A stretch of 64,000 bases of DNA from the human T2T-CHM13v2.0 reference genome, Homo sapiens. A program made the position numbers and the translations under genes. Position 1 is the first letter of the stretch. Each line of letters begins with the position of its first letter. The stretch lies in NCBI RefSeq assembly GCF_009914755.1, contig NC_060932.1; one strand, 5' to 3'. The notes below the pieces were generated by a model. The model saw only the letters and a program-made list of their open reading frames with translations, had not been told where the DNA came from and made no database searches. This document shows positions 1 to 40,918 of this stretch, in pieces.

Positions 1-471
1 ACCTCTTTTCCTGCTATTTATGGCTCCATTTCTTGCTTCAGTTTACGCACATCTCCTCCAGAGTTGTCTGTGTTCACTGTTACTGACTCTCCTCCCCTGC
101 TGGGCTCTTACCCCTGCTCCATTCAGACCACAACCCCTCGTGCCCACCAGACTGCCCTGTCAGTCACCAGGCATCACCTGAGGCTCAACAGCGTGGGACC
201 CAGTGTCGAGTCCCTCCCAGCTGCCTTCCCTGGGCCTCCAGGGCCCTGTCCAGCTTTCCCCCTGCCTTCCAGGCCATGCCACCTCCAGCTCTTTCATGGC
301 CTCTCATCTCCCCAATCTCTCAATGTTGGGGTGCCCCAAGACCCTGTCTTTGTCTATATTCTGGGTGATCTCAACCAGTTTCCAAGGGCAGACACCAACC
401 CCAGGCTGAAGACTCTGACTTGACCTCCATACCAGACCTCAATCCTCAATTCTAGACTCTTGCACACACCC

Positions 472-631
472 TCCTGCTCTGCACTGCTGCCTGATGTGGA
501 ATGAGCACCTCGGCCAACCTACGGTGGCCAGCGTCCAAGGCAGCACAACGCTTCCTGCTCTGCACTGCTACCTGATGTGGAATGAGCACCTCAGCCAATC
601 TACGGTGGCCAGCATCCAAGGCAGCACAATG
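472..631. repeat. Two-copy tandem duplication, 81-bp unit, in CPSF1 intron 2
   Basis: TCCTGCTCTGCACTGCT(G/A)CCTGATGTGGAATGAGCACCTC... starts at 472 and again at 553 with few mismatches. Confidence 0.9.
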
Positions 632-739
632 TCCTCTGCAGTGAATGCTGGGAGGTGTTGCACCCTCCGCAACCCCCACCAGGGTTGGTAGATATGACCA
701 GCAGAATATGACAGAAGGTTAACAGTGTATTACTACTAC

Positions 740-1658
740 TTTTTTTTTTTAGATGGAGTTTTGCTCTGTCACCCAGGCTGGAGTGGAGTGCAATCTCGGC
801 TCACTGCAACCTCCGCCTACGGGTTCAAGCAATTCTCCTGCCTCAGCCTCCTGAGTAGCTGGGATTACAGATGCCTGCCACCACACCCAGCTAATTTTTG
901 TATTTTTAGTAGACACAGGGTTTTGCCACGTTGGCCAGACTGGTCTCGAACCCATGACCTCAGGTGATCTACTACCTGCCTCGGCCTCCCAAAGCGCTAA
1001 GATGATAGGTGTGAGCCAACGTGCCTGGCCTTTTTTTTTTTTTTTTGAGATAGGGTCTCACTCTGTTGTCCAGGCTGGAGTGTAATGGTGCAATTATAGC
1101 TCACTGCAGCCTTGACCTCCTGGGCTTGAGCGATCCTCCCACCCTGGCCTCCCATGTAGCTAGGACTACACACAGGCCACTATGCCCAGCTAACTTTTAT
1201 ATTTTATATTTGGGCCAAGCACAGTGGTGCACTCCTGTAATCCCAGCACTTTGGAAGGCCAAGGTGAGTGGACTGCCTGAGCTCAGGAGTTTGAGACCAG
1301 CCTGGCCAATGCGGCGAAACCCTGTCTCTATTAAAAATACAAAAAAAAAATTAGCCGGGCGTGGTGTCACACACCTGTAATCCCAGCTACTTGGTGGAGG
1401 GTTTAGGGAGCTGAGGCACAAGAATTGCCTGAACCCACGAGGCGGAGGTTAAAGTTAGCTGAGATCACACCACTTCATTCCAGCCTGAGTGACACAGCAA
1501 GACTCCGTCTCACCAGGAAAAACAAAAAAAAAAATTATTTGTAGAGATGGGGTCTTGCTATGTTGCTCAGGCCAGTCCTGAACTCCTGGCCTCAAGCAGT
1601 CATCCCACTTCAGCCTCCCAAAGTGTGGGACTATAGGTGTGAGCCAGTGCACCCAGCC
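740..1658. mobile_element. Alu cluster: minus Alu 740-1030; older minus Alu split into 1031-1200 and ~1534-1658 by a plus Alu at 1213-1533
   Basis: Canonical Alu arms, T-tails and A-tails. Boundaries are approximate. Confidence 0.85.
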
Positions 1659-1689
1659 TGAGATTCGGTTACAGGACTCGCCGTGGCTT

Positions 1690-1850
1690 CAGTCTTGGTG
1701 GGTGTCTCATTGTGAGGGAGGCTGCCATGTTGTGAGCTGCCCCAGGGAGGGGCCCATGTGGTGAGGAACTGCGGCCTCCTGCCAATAGTGTGTTAGGAGC
1801 AGAAACTCCAGCCCTCGTCAAGCCTTCAGAGGACAGGAGCCCTGGCCAGC
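1690..1850 (+). mobile_element. Probable MLT1 (MaLR LTR) fragment
   Basis: GCTGCCATGTTGTGAG...CCCATGTGG...GAACTG...AAGCCTTCAGA motifs resemble MLT1 LTRs. Subfamily not determined. Confidence 0.5.
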
Positions 1851-2599
1851 AAATACATATGTATGCCGGGGTAGGTGCCCAGGAGGGTTGGCCTCCTTTG
1901 GCCTGAGCTTCTGACCCATCTGCCTGCTGGGTCAGCCCCTATTCACAACCCTCTTGTGGCTCCTCCCTGCTTTGTGGAGAATAGTCCTGACCACGGCCTA
2001 CCTCCCTCCATCCCCACCACCACATCCAGTCTATACCACGGCCACACTGTGCATGTCTCTCCACCCTCAACTGCTTTGGGCCTGTGCACAGGCTGTTTCT
2101 TCTGCCTGGAACACCCTCCTCTCACCATCCCTGGGCCTGGGTAAGAGGTACTCCTCCCTTCAAGAGCAATGGAGAAACTGCCTCTTGCAAGTTGCTTTCC
2201 TGGACCAGCTTTCAACCCTCCGGCAACCAAAACACCACTGTATTTCCCAAACCCTTGAGGCGTGTGCCCCACTGTACCAAGACTCCTGTCAACAGTCTGT
2301 CCCCATCCTAGACCTGGCCTTGTTCCTTGTGCTACCAATGTCCTTCCCCCGACAAACTCCCGCTCTGCCTCAGACAGGCTCTTCTGATCATGCGACTGGA
2401 AATACACAGTCTCCTTCCTTCACTCCTTTATTCCCGCAGCAGCACTTGCTGCAGGGGCAGGTGTGTTTATTTAGATGTTCCCCTTCCCCAAGTGTCTGCA
2501 GGTGTGGTTCACATGGTATCTCTGCTACCCAGCGCACAGTGGGCGTTCGCTCCTTCCGAACAACTTGCTGAAAAAACGGAAGAGCAAACAAGACGGCTA

Positions 2600-3700
<1,101 letters not shown>

Positions 3701-3917
3701 AGCTTGGATCCTGGATCAGGCACGGGCCTAGGACCTAGAAATGGAATCATGAGAAATAAAACAAGAAAGTATCGTTACGCCCAAGAAAATGGCGTGGAAA
3801 TATGTGTTTTTGTTGCATCCAAATCTACTTGCTCATTGGGCAGTGGGGGAAGGGCCACTTGGATGCTCAGGCGTGTGACCCCTGAGCCACACTCAACCGC
3901 CTTTTAAAAGTCAATAG

Positions 3918-5230
<1,313 letters not shown>

Positions 5231-5263
5231 TCAGAAGAGACAGAAACACAAGAAAGAAGGTCA

Positions 5264-5822
<559 letters not shown>

Positions 5823-6244
5823 GGCCACCACACAGGCACTCAGGATTAACGCCTCAGAGTCAGAAGAGGCTGGCGTCCCAGGAACCGTGGGCTGCCACAC
5901 ACTCTGGTCTGACGATCTCCAGGTTTGCTTTCCATGACAGAGAAATAAGCCCTCGGCTGTGTAAGCAGTTATAGGTAAGCAAGTTTGATTCCTGTTTGGG
6001 GACAGGTCCCACCTGCTGCCCACACACCCGGGTGAATTTCCCTGACCCCACTCCTCAGGCAGGCAGGGTCTCCATATCAAAGAGGGGGCACCTGAGGCTG
6101 GCTGCCTGGGGGTCCTGAGTGCAGCTCTCCTGGCTTCGAGGCACCCCGATGGGGAGAAGGCAGTGCCGCAATTGTCCTTTCTCAGCTGAGGGCCCTTCCC
6201 ACCCAGCAAGGAGAGCACAGCCATGCTCCAAGGACAAGAGTGTC

Positions 6245-6250
6245 TTTACT
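6245..6250 (-). terminator. SLC39A4: Candidate SLC39A4 poly(A) signal, variant AGTAAA
   Basis: TTTACT on the plus strand ~100 nt past the stop codon. No AATAAA between it and the stop. Confidence 0.6.
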
Positions 6251-6350
6251 GGAGTTGGGACTGGGGCCTCTATAGGGGCTTCTGGTTTCTGGGCTGTAGG
6301 TTTGTGAGGTGTGGGATCTTAAGTCAAAGGTGGGGGACTAGGGCAGGGTA

Positions 6351-10602
<4,252 letters not shown>

Positions 10603-10770
10603 ACTCAGCTCCCAGCGTGCTCAGTGGGTGTTGCTGTGGCCAAGGCCCAGTGCTTCTGGGCTGGCTGAGGGCGGCTTTGCTGGGGTTGTCCAGGGCCAGA
10701 CTGGGGCTGGGCTAGGACCCGCCCGGGCTGCATGAGGACCTCTCCCAGGTATTCCTGCAGAGCTCTGTGA

Positions 10771-11184
<414 letters not shown>

Positions 11185-12552
11185 AGCCTGGGTGGGCTTC
11201 TGTCCTCTGCCTGCTGCCCCCCAAGCTGTGGGGCAGGGCTGGGGTGTCCCCTTCTGGCTGTCCATCTGGGGGCTGCCTCCAAGCTGGGGGACACAGGGCA
11301 GAGGTGCACAGATGCCCCCAGAGCCTGAGAGCTCCCAGGTCCCTGCCTCTGCCCCTCCCAACAGAGGCTGCCCAGACACCCTCGGTGGCCCCTGTTGGGG
11401 GTGGGGACATGGACCTCCCTCCTCCTGGGTCCTGGGCTGTGGTCCCTGTTGGGGACTGCGATGGAGTCAAAGAAACTGAAAAGGTGCCTGCTGCATCATG
11501 CTCCCTTAGGCCGGAGACAGCCCCAGGAAGCTCCAACACAGACAAACAGGAAGACGGAGCTGGGCCCTGGCAGCCACCTGGCCGAGCTTGGGTCAGGATA
11601 AGATTGGGGCAAGACCCCAGCTCTAGCCCCGGGGGCAGGGAGGCTGTGGCTCCCAGCCCTGCCCTCTCTGTGGGCTCCCTCTCTGGCCTTTGAGCCTAGA
11701 GGCCTTATCTCTACCGTGGTGGTGATGGCAGGAAGTCTGGGGGAAGGGGAAGGCAGATCTCAGGGCAGCTTTGCCTTCTGAAGGGGGAGTCCAGATGCCA
11801 CCTCCCGCCCGGTCCAGCCAGCCTGACCCTGAGCATTGTGGGTGGGGCTGGGGTGGGGAGCTGGGTGCCTGAGGCCCAAGGACTCTGTCCCGCCATACAC
11901 AGGGTGGGACGGGGCAGGGCGGGCATTGAGCCCAGTGTCCTGGGGTCAGGGTGCTTCCCCTGCCGGCCTCACCCCACCAAGCGGATCTCATGGTGCTCCT
12001 CTGGCTGGGCCCACCCGCAGTGGTATCCTTCTGGGGGCCCTTAGGGGAGCCTGCCGGGGGTGCAGATCCTGCCGGGGGTGCAGAGCCTGCTGGGGGTGCA
12101 GATGATTTCTGGGTCCCAGGACCATGAGGGGGCTGCTCTACACACAGCCGGAAGATGCTGCGGACCCAAACTGGCCCTTTCCCTCCCACACCACCCCAGG
12201 ACCAATGGGCTGGCTGGAGGCCACCCATGCTAAAATAGGCTCAAGGGCCTACTTTAGCTTCTGGGCAAAGGTCTTGGCCTGGGCCTGACTCTGTGGCCTT
12301 CCTGAGCTGCCTCCCCAGTAGGCCTCAGTGCTGGGCTACAGGCCTCCTCCATTCCCTCCATTCATGTGACCCCACCCCTCCCAGCAGAAACTCTCTTCCG
12401 TAGCCCAGGAGCAGCTGTTGAGGGTTTCACCTGCCCATGCCCCAGCCTAAGGCCGGCTTCCCCAGAGCAGACGGGTTGCACTCTCCTGCCCCTCAGGCCC
12501 ACTCTGTCATCCAACAAGCTCACTGCAACTGGCCCATCTTAAAAACAACACC

Positions 12553-16161
<3,609 letters not shown>

Positions 16162-17444
16162 TCAAAATGACCCTTCCTGGCCACCTGCCCCCCTTGACAC
16201 ACACACGTTTCTGGGTGCTGGTTCTCCCTCGAAGCACCCCGTACCCACATGTGCCTGTCAAGGACATCGAGCCCCAGGGCCCGACCCGACAGTGCCCTTC
16301 CTCAACTCCCTTGGGTGTCCTGGATCCTGCTGTCCTGGGGGCTCTTCTCTGGCTCCTTGGTCAGTCTCTTCCCACTTCCCACGGCAGTGCCCCTGGCCAG
16401 TCCTCCGGCTTCTTGGCGGGACTCAGCCTCCCTCTCCAGCCACTGACATCGTCATCCTGCTTGACGGCCCCCCTTGGCCGTCTGAGAGGCAGTCCCCACT
16501 CAGCCTGTGCACAGAGCCCACCTGCCTCCATGATGTCCCAAGCCCCCACGGAAATCCAAGCGACTTGATTTTCACTATCTGCCTTTCTCTACACACCTCA
16601 TTCCACCGGCTCTAGATGCCACAGATGTCAAGAGGTTCTGGCATTCTCAGTCGCTAAGAGAGAAAAATTCTACAATGACACCCTGGCACGTCCCTTATCC
16701 TGAGGGCATAGTTGCTAAGATGTGAAGCACGCGGCTCTTGGAACCCAGAGGTGTGGTGTGTGGTCTGCTGCTTTTCCCTGGGGGCAGCAGCAGGTGTGCA
16801 GCACACGCTGTGGAATGGACGGCGTCCACCACCCGCTGCCTCCCCACCAGGCCCAGCCTTGACTCTTGGGCTTTGCCCAGGGGCTTGGGGAGAGGCCCTG
16901 GTGGTGGGCATGACAAACTCCCACCCAATGAGTAATTGGCTGGAGCTGCAGATAAGTCAGGAGTCCTGGGCCAGGGTGCAGTCATCCGAGTGGAGAGGTG
17001 GGTGTGGAGCAGCTGACAGCATGAAGTGCACCCCGCCTCTGAGCCCAGCCTGGCCTGGTGTGCTGGGACCTGACTGCACTCAGAAGACCTGGTGCTGCCC
17101 TGGGCTTCAGTGAGGCGTGGGGAGGGGTGGCAGGCAGCCTCCCCTGTGGCCAGAGTCAAGCCACGCCTGGCCCAGGTGGTAGACCTGTTCTCCAGGCCTC
17201 GGGGCTATGGAAACGCCCCTGCCTCCTATTATGTGCCCAGGCAGAGCCCACCAGGGAAGCAGCCGTCACTGAGTGATGCAGGCCATGAGGAATGCAGTGG
17301 CAGGGACAGAGCCAGGGCCGGGCCACCACACAGGTCGGGGGAGGGTAGGCGAGAGGGGCTCTATGCTGAGAGTCCCAGGAGGGTGGAGAGAATACACAGG
17401 GCAGGCCTGGGGGAGCCACCCAAGCAGGAAGGTCGGAGAGCATC

Positions 17445-17450
17445 TTTATT
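17445..17450 (-). terminator. VPS28: VPS28 poly(A) signal AATAAA
   Basis: TTTATT on the plus strand ~165 nt after the stop codon. Confidence 0.85.
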
Positions 17451-17615
17451 GTGGGGAGGGGCCCGGCCCCCAAAGTTCTGACACCAAAGACAGACACCAG
17501 ACAGGCAGCTGCAGACAGTGAGTTGTGTGGATGACCACGGCCTGTGTGGCGGACAGGGGACCAGGAGCCATCGCCTCAGACTCTGCCCTTCTGTGCAAGG
17601 GCTAGTGCCCCGGGC

Positions 17616-20600
17616 TCAGGCATGCAGGAAGCGGTTGAAGGCGTTGTAGGCTGACTCCAGGTCGAACAGCATCTGACGCACCTGTGAGTCGTCCAGCTCA
17701 TCTGACGCCGACATGCCGCTCAGGGTCTGCAGCCTGGGAGTGCAGCACAGGGCATGTGGGGGCTGAGGGCCTCAGGGGCACTGCGGGGCTCCGCCTGGCT
17801 GGGAGGGTCTCGGGCACTGCGGGGCTCTGCCTGGCTGGGAGGGACACCCACCACTGGCTGACCGTCTGGCGGCCCTCAAAGTCGGGTGGGAGGTGGCTCA
17901 TGCGGTGCATGGTCTCCATCAGCTCTCGCAGGTCGGGCTGGATCTGAGACACACACAGCGGCTGGGACCCCGACGCCGGCTCCATCCCCTCCTGCCTAGG
18001 CCCCCTGCCAGCCCAATACCCGCACCTCATCCATGGCGCGGATCTCCAGGCGCAGCTTGTCCATGACCGTGATGAAGAGCTGGGGGCAGGTGTGCACATG
18101 AGGCTCGCGTGTCCACGGGTGCGGGAGGCCCCACGGCTCACGGGCCCCAACCCCTCCTCAGCCACAGCTGTCACTTGGGCCTCCTCACTGTACTCTGTTC
18201 CCAAACCCTGCAGGCCTCCTGGGTGAACGAGGTCCTGGCTGCCCAGACAGCTGTGTGGGAACTGAAGGGTGGGCCCACACCCACACTCTCTCCCGAGGCC
18301 AGGACCCCGCCAGAACGCACCCTGTGCTCATCCCCCCGACAGGAGTCCAGGTGGCCTGGGGGCGTCCCCGCATGCTGCCCACCCCTCATTCCTAGTTAAA
18401 GGGGTTCCCTTCTGCCCAGCAAGTCAGAGTGCTGCTCAGCTCTGGAGGCCCAGGACCCTACGCTCGTGCCCAGCTGCAGCAGGCAGCCTCGGCTCTCCTA
18501 ACCACGTGCCCTGGGGGCTGGGGCGCACCGAGACCACGTCTGCGATGCAGCGGTTGAGGTTGCCCTTGTCGTCCTTGATGGTGATGGGCCGGTCCTCCTT
18601 GATCCGCTCCATGGCCAGCGGGCAGTCCAGCTGTTGGGGGTGACATGGGTGCTGGGGCTCTCAGGACAGCAAGCCCCAGGTGGCCAGAGCCCTCTGGCAC
18701 CCCATACCCATGCCCGACAGTCTCGCCCCATGGGGGTGGAAGGACCAGGCACTCACGCGGAACTTGCGGCAGAATTCGTCAATAGAGCTGATTTCTGAGC
18801 CCTGGACCTGCCTGAAGGCAGCTTTGTATTGGACCAGGAGCCGGGAGCAGGCTGCAGTGTACCTAGGGAGAGGTCAGCTGCTGCCCAAGCATGGGACCAG
18901 CCCCACCCAGCTCATCCTACCCCCTCGGCTGGTCCAGAGGCAGAGCAGCTTCCAGAGAGGACCAGGCGACAGGCAAAGGCAGGCCGAGCAAGGAGGAGGG
19001 GCTGCTAGTAGCTTTTGGGGGTGAGGCCCTGAGCACGTAGTGGGGCTTGTAGCTCGGCTCCAGGTGGAGACCCCGGCCCCCAACCCCTGCCCACCCTCTG
19101 AACCACAGCGACCAGCCCTCTGTTGTGATGGCCGCATCCACAGCTCATGGTCCTGTGCGGTGGCCTGTGACGGTCTTGTCACTTCATTGAACAAAGCCCC
19201 CCCAAAAGATCCTGGGACATCCCCAAGCCTCTCGACCGTTTTTTAAGGTTGCCTGTGCTGGGGGATGAGGGTGGGGGAGTGGGCCGGATGACACCCCAGG
19301 AGCTGCGCCTCTGCCCGCCTCCCTCACCAGCCCCCAGGACTTCCCTGGCTGAGACCCAGGGGCACCCTCCTCACGCTGGGTGGGCCCCACACAAGTGGGT
19401 GCCTCCCAGCCTGACAGACGCCTGCTCTTGCTGCCTATGGAGCACCCAAGCCCCCCAGGGCAGGAACAGACCTCCCAGGACGTGGGCTCTTACTCGCTGG
19501 GGGAGACACAGTCCTTGATGTAGGCCTTCTCCAGGGCTTGCATTGTCTTCACCACCGCAAACAGCTCTGCCATGTTGTCGTACCTGAGGACACACCTGTC
19601 TATCGGGCCAGGCCCCGGGGTGCCAAGCCTAGAGCCCAGAGTGCTACCCCCTGCCCGGAGGTGCCACTGCGGGCGCTCTGCCCACCTCTCGCTCCATCCT
19701 GGAGTGCCTCAGGAACAGTTCCCCAGACTGACCCTGCGTCCTCCCACCCCTCAGTTTGGGGTGGGTCTGGAGGGGCTGCCCCAGGGCAGCCAGATGCGCA
19801 TGGGTGTGTTGGGACAGCCTGGGCGCCTGGACTTACTTCTCCCTCTCCCGGGCGTTCTTGTACAACTTCACTTCCTGCCGGAGAGAGCGGGCTCTGTGGG
19901 CCAGTGCCAACAGGGGCTGCAGGACCCTGGTGAGGCCACACAGGCATTTGCTGTTGGCCAATGCCGGCCGGGTGGGCACCCACCACTCACCTCATACAGC
20001 TCCGGCTTGTTCCCAGGGGCTGCAAGAGAAGGCAGAGAGCTGGCAGGCTGGCCCCAAAGGGAACCCAAGGGCAGACTCCAGTCCCAGTCTCCATTTCAGT
20101 TCCTCCCTGAGGCCTCCCAGGCTGGGTCCCAAAGAGCCCAGAGGGAGCTGGAGCACAGAGGTTCCAACCTCACCCCTATCAGTGTGTGGGGGGACCTGAT
20201 GATAACACCTCTGAGAAGCCGGGGGCCGCATGACAGGCCCAGCTCCCCAGCTCCACTGCGGCTCCCCGGGGGACCGCATGACAGGCCCAGCTCCCCAGCT
20301 CCACTGCGGCTCCCCAGGGGACCGCATGACAGGCCCAGCTCCCCAGCTCCACCATGGCTCCCTGGCGGAGTCACCTGCACAACAGTGGCCACGCCCTGCT
20401 CGTGGCTCATGATGCAGTGCCAACAAGGCTCACCACACACAGCCTCTCCCCTGGGATTGGTGACACAGGGTGCCCAGGACCCCCACCGTTCTGGCCACAC
20501 CGAAGCTCATCATCTCTGCCCAGCAGGACCAAGCCAGTTCTGTCTGGAGGTTTCTGAGCCCTCAGTGCTCCTGCAATGAACTATTTAGCCCCTGGCCACC

Positions 20601-20756
20601 CCCAAGGCTGTACGAGAGCAGGGTCAGATACCTCCCCACCCCCGATCCCCAATACCCAATACTGCCCGTCAGCCCCTGCAGAAGCGGCTGAAAGCCTGCG
20701 CCCTTCCAGCCACACTCACCTCCTATGCCCGGCGTGGCTGGGATCCCATGAAACAT
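17616..20756 (-). CDS. VPS28: ESCRT-I subunit VPS28, 9 coding exons, 221 aa
   Basis: Coding exons 20756-20720, 20019-19991, 19874-19837, 19583-19494, 18862-18757, 18630-18529, 18079-18026, 17943-17852, 17733-17616 total 666 nt. [24 protein letters not shown]...[16 protein letters not shown]. Exon 2 acceptor at 20792-20791; non-coding exon 1 donor at 22301. Confidence 0.98.
20221..20365. repeat. 48-bp minisatellite, 3 copies, in VPS28 intron 2
   Basis: CCGCATGACAGGCCCAGCTCCCCAGCTCCAC...GGCTCCC with ATG at 20230, 20278 and 20326. Confidence 0.92.
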
Positions 20757-20830
20757 CCTCTAGGCTCTGGGGGGGGCACAGCACTGAGACCTGGGGAGCA
20801 GAGCCAGGGCCGACTCAAAGATGGCCCCTA

Positions 20831-21150
20831 AGCCAGGTGCGGTGGCTCACACCTGTAATCCCAGCACTTTGGGAGGCCGAGGTGAGCGGATCACCTGAGG
20901 TCAGGAGTTTGAGACCAGCCTGGCCAACATGGTGAAACCCTGTCTCTACTAAAATTACAAAATTAGCCGGACGTTGTGGCATACGGTTGTAATCCCAGCT
21001 ACTCAGGAGGCTGAGGCAGGAGAATCGCTTGAACCCAGGAGGTGAAGGTTTCAATGAGCCAAGACTGAGCCACTGCACTCCAGCCTGGGAGACAGAGCAA
21101 GACCCTGTCTCAAAACAAACAAACGAACAACAAAAAAAACCGACAAAAAA
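20831..21150 (+). mobile_element. Alu in VPS28 intron 1
   Basis: Full two-arm Alu with an A-rich tail. Confidence 0.9.
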
Positions 21151-22149
21151 AGACAGCCCGTAAGTGCCAGGTCCTGGAGACCCAGGGCTCCATGAAGAGC
21201 TCTCCTAAGCTCAATAATGGTGAACACACAGGGTGCTATAGGGGCTACCAGAAAAAGTGAGGTACTATGGACACTCAGGAGAGCGGGGCGGGGGCTGCAG
21301 TGGAGTGTGGTTCAAGCTGGAGGTTGAGGGAGGTTATGAGGGCGGCAGGCAGCTGTTTGATGGCCCACGAGGAGAGTTTGGGGCACAGGAAACAACACAC
21401 TTAACAGCCCGCCTTTAAGTAGGCATGAACTTGGAAGAACCAACAAGCTGAAGGTGCAGCTTCTCGAAAGAGGGGGTCCTAGGGAATGAAGATGGAGAGG
21501 TGCCCCTAGTTGGGCAGCGAGCTGTGGAGAAACAATGGGAGCGGGGCCCGTGGGAGGGTCCTGCCTAGCACGGAAGCTGGGCCAGCTCCAGACGTTCTCT
21601 CTTTGAAAGTGGAGCCGTCAGATCCGCCGAGGGATTTGAGATAGGATTAAAATAAAGGAGTTACGAACGACACCCCTGTTTTTGGCCCAATGGGCCGGGC
21701 AGTAAGATAAACTCAGACGGAGAGGGGAGGAGGAGCGGGCCTGGCGGGCAGGCGCAGGAAGCTCTCGGTGGAGAGGCCCGGGAGAGCAGCGCTGAGCCGG
21801 CTAACTGGGAGTGGACGGTGCTACCGGGGATGGGAGAAGAGCAGAAGTGAGGGAAGGCCGCCCGCGCCGAAGCCCTGGGGCGCCCCAGCCGAGGAAGAGC
21901 CGGGAAAGGGCGTCGCCGCTCATGTAGGTAGGGAACGTCTGGGTCAAGCTCTCCGAGGGTCGAGGCCATTGCGAGCCGCAGGGTGGGGACCGAGGCTGCT
22001 CGGCAGCCGTCACGGAGCCGCCAGGCAGGAGAGCGCCGAGGAGCCAACCGCCCCAACCACGCAGGAGCTTCTGCCTAACAGCGAAAGCGGACGTTCTGCG
22101 GCCACAAGCAAATGTGCAAAACAACCTCGCAGAGTGGACAACGAGCAAG

Positions 22150-22903
<754 letters not shown>

Positions 22904-22913
22904 AGCAGCTTCA

Positions 22914-22919
22914 TTTATT
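22914..22919 (-). terminator. TONSL: TONSL proximal poly(A) signal AATAAA (TSD copy)
   Basis: TTTATT 38 nt after the stop codon, 10 nt before the Alu head. Confidence 0.6.
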
Positions 22920-22957
22920 AGGGGCTTCGGTGAGGGTGGGGAAAGGCAGCGCCAGGG

Positions 22958-38719
<15,762 letters not shown>

Positions 38720-38984
38720 TCACAGGCGCAACTATTAAAAACGAACGTAGTGTCCAGATAGACTGACGATAAATTCACGAGCATTTGGCTGTGGGGACGT
38801 AATAAGGTGTCAGGCGCGCTCCTCCTCCGCAGAACGCAGCTGGGTCACATTTGGGGACTCGGCCCCAAGGACTGTTTTGGGAGGGGAATGTGCTTTCCAT
38901 AGTGAACAAGTACTGTTTCAGCAATGTGTATGCCAGCTGTATTCTCGGAAGAGTCAGTGAACCTGTGCTTCAGCTGCAGAAGTA

Positions 38985-39763
<779 letters not shown>

Positions 39764-40614
39764 AGGAAGAAAGAGAGAAAACAACTGCAAAATTATGTCT
39801 AGAATCCTGTGACATGGGGCACCCAGGCCTCTAAAATACCCTTGCTATCCCCCATTACCTTGAGGACCAAACACCTGCCATGCCTTGGGTATCTGACTCC
39901 CGGCTACACAGCACACCCAGCACTGCACTCAGGTGCAGTGGCTGGTTTCCCAGAGGCCCCAGAGGAGGCTGGGTGCACAGAGTCCAACTGAGGAGCCTCA
40001 GGAGTGGAAGATAGATGAGTTAATTTCCATCGTAATTACAGCAAGTCGTTGGGCAAAACTCAGCCAGAGAGATCTGTTGGGGAGAGAGTGGTGTGATGCA
40101 CTGACAGGTCCCTGGGTCCAGTAAAGGCTGCTGGAGCCCTCCTCAGGCTGACGGCAGAGCGCTGGCCTCCTGGCGTGGCCCCTGGACTGGGCAGATTTGG
40201 GCCTCGGTGCCTCCAAGGCTGCAGGGGTGGGACCAGGCCAAGCCTGCACACCTGTGCAGTCACAAGCTGCAGGAGGCAGGAAATCCAGGCAGGCCTGGGT
40301 GTGAGGACAGGTTGTGGAGGTCTGCACTGCCAACCCCTTGCCCATCCAAAGCATGGCTCTGAGCCAAGGCAACTACTTGGAGGGCAAGCTGGTGAGGTGT
40401 GTGAGGGGCACAGTGAGGCTTGAGGGAGGGAGTGGGGAGTGAGATTCAGAATCAGAGGACTCAGATGAACAGCTGAAGACAGGGTGGCTTGGACACCAGA
40501 GGGGCTCCCTGAGCTACCTGGACAACGATTAAGTATCCCCTTCAGCCCCAGGGTCCACAGGACAGCCCAGCTCCTGGAAGCCGAATTCCCCTTCAGAGAC
40601 AACCCAATTTCTCT

Positions 40615-40918
40615 CTTTTTTTTTTTTTTTTTTTCCGAGACAGAATTTTGTTCTTGTTGCCCAGGCTGGGGCACAATGGCGTGATTCTGGCTCACTGCAA
40701 CCGCCTTCTCTCAGGTTCAAGTGATTCTCCTGCCTCAGCCTCTTGAGTAGCTGGGATTACAGATGCCCACCACCACGCCCAGCTAATTTTTGTATTTTTG
40801 TAGAGACAGGGTTTCACCATGTTGGTTAGGCTGGTCTCGAACTCCCAACCTCAGGTCATCCACCCGCCTCAGCCTCCCAAAGTGCTGGGATCACAGGCGT
40901 GAGCCACCATGCCCGGCT
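40615..40918 (-). mobile_element. Alu with a 17-bp TSD
   Basis: GACAACCCAATTTCTCT at 40598-40614 and 40919-40935. Confidence 0.92.

Noticed and set aside
1-450. Possible ancient L2 remnants (also ~1900-2550 and ~21200-21660)
   Set aside because: Too degenerate to call or bound by eye; needs RepeatMasker.
725-1652. Alu-derived ORFs here and at other Alus (e.g. 31424-31954)
   Set aside because: Standard Alu translation products ([11 protein letters not shown]..., [10 protein letters not shown]...).
12045-12100. 18-bp x3 repeat, and a 27-bp x2 repeat at ~48472-48533
   Set aside because: Short local duplications with no motif or positional significance.
19572-20579. 335-aa plus-strand ORF antisense to VPS28
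   Set aside because: Non-ATG start, low-complexity Pro/Gly/Arg content, extended by a 48-bp repeat. Expected by chance in GC-rich DNA.
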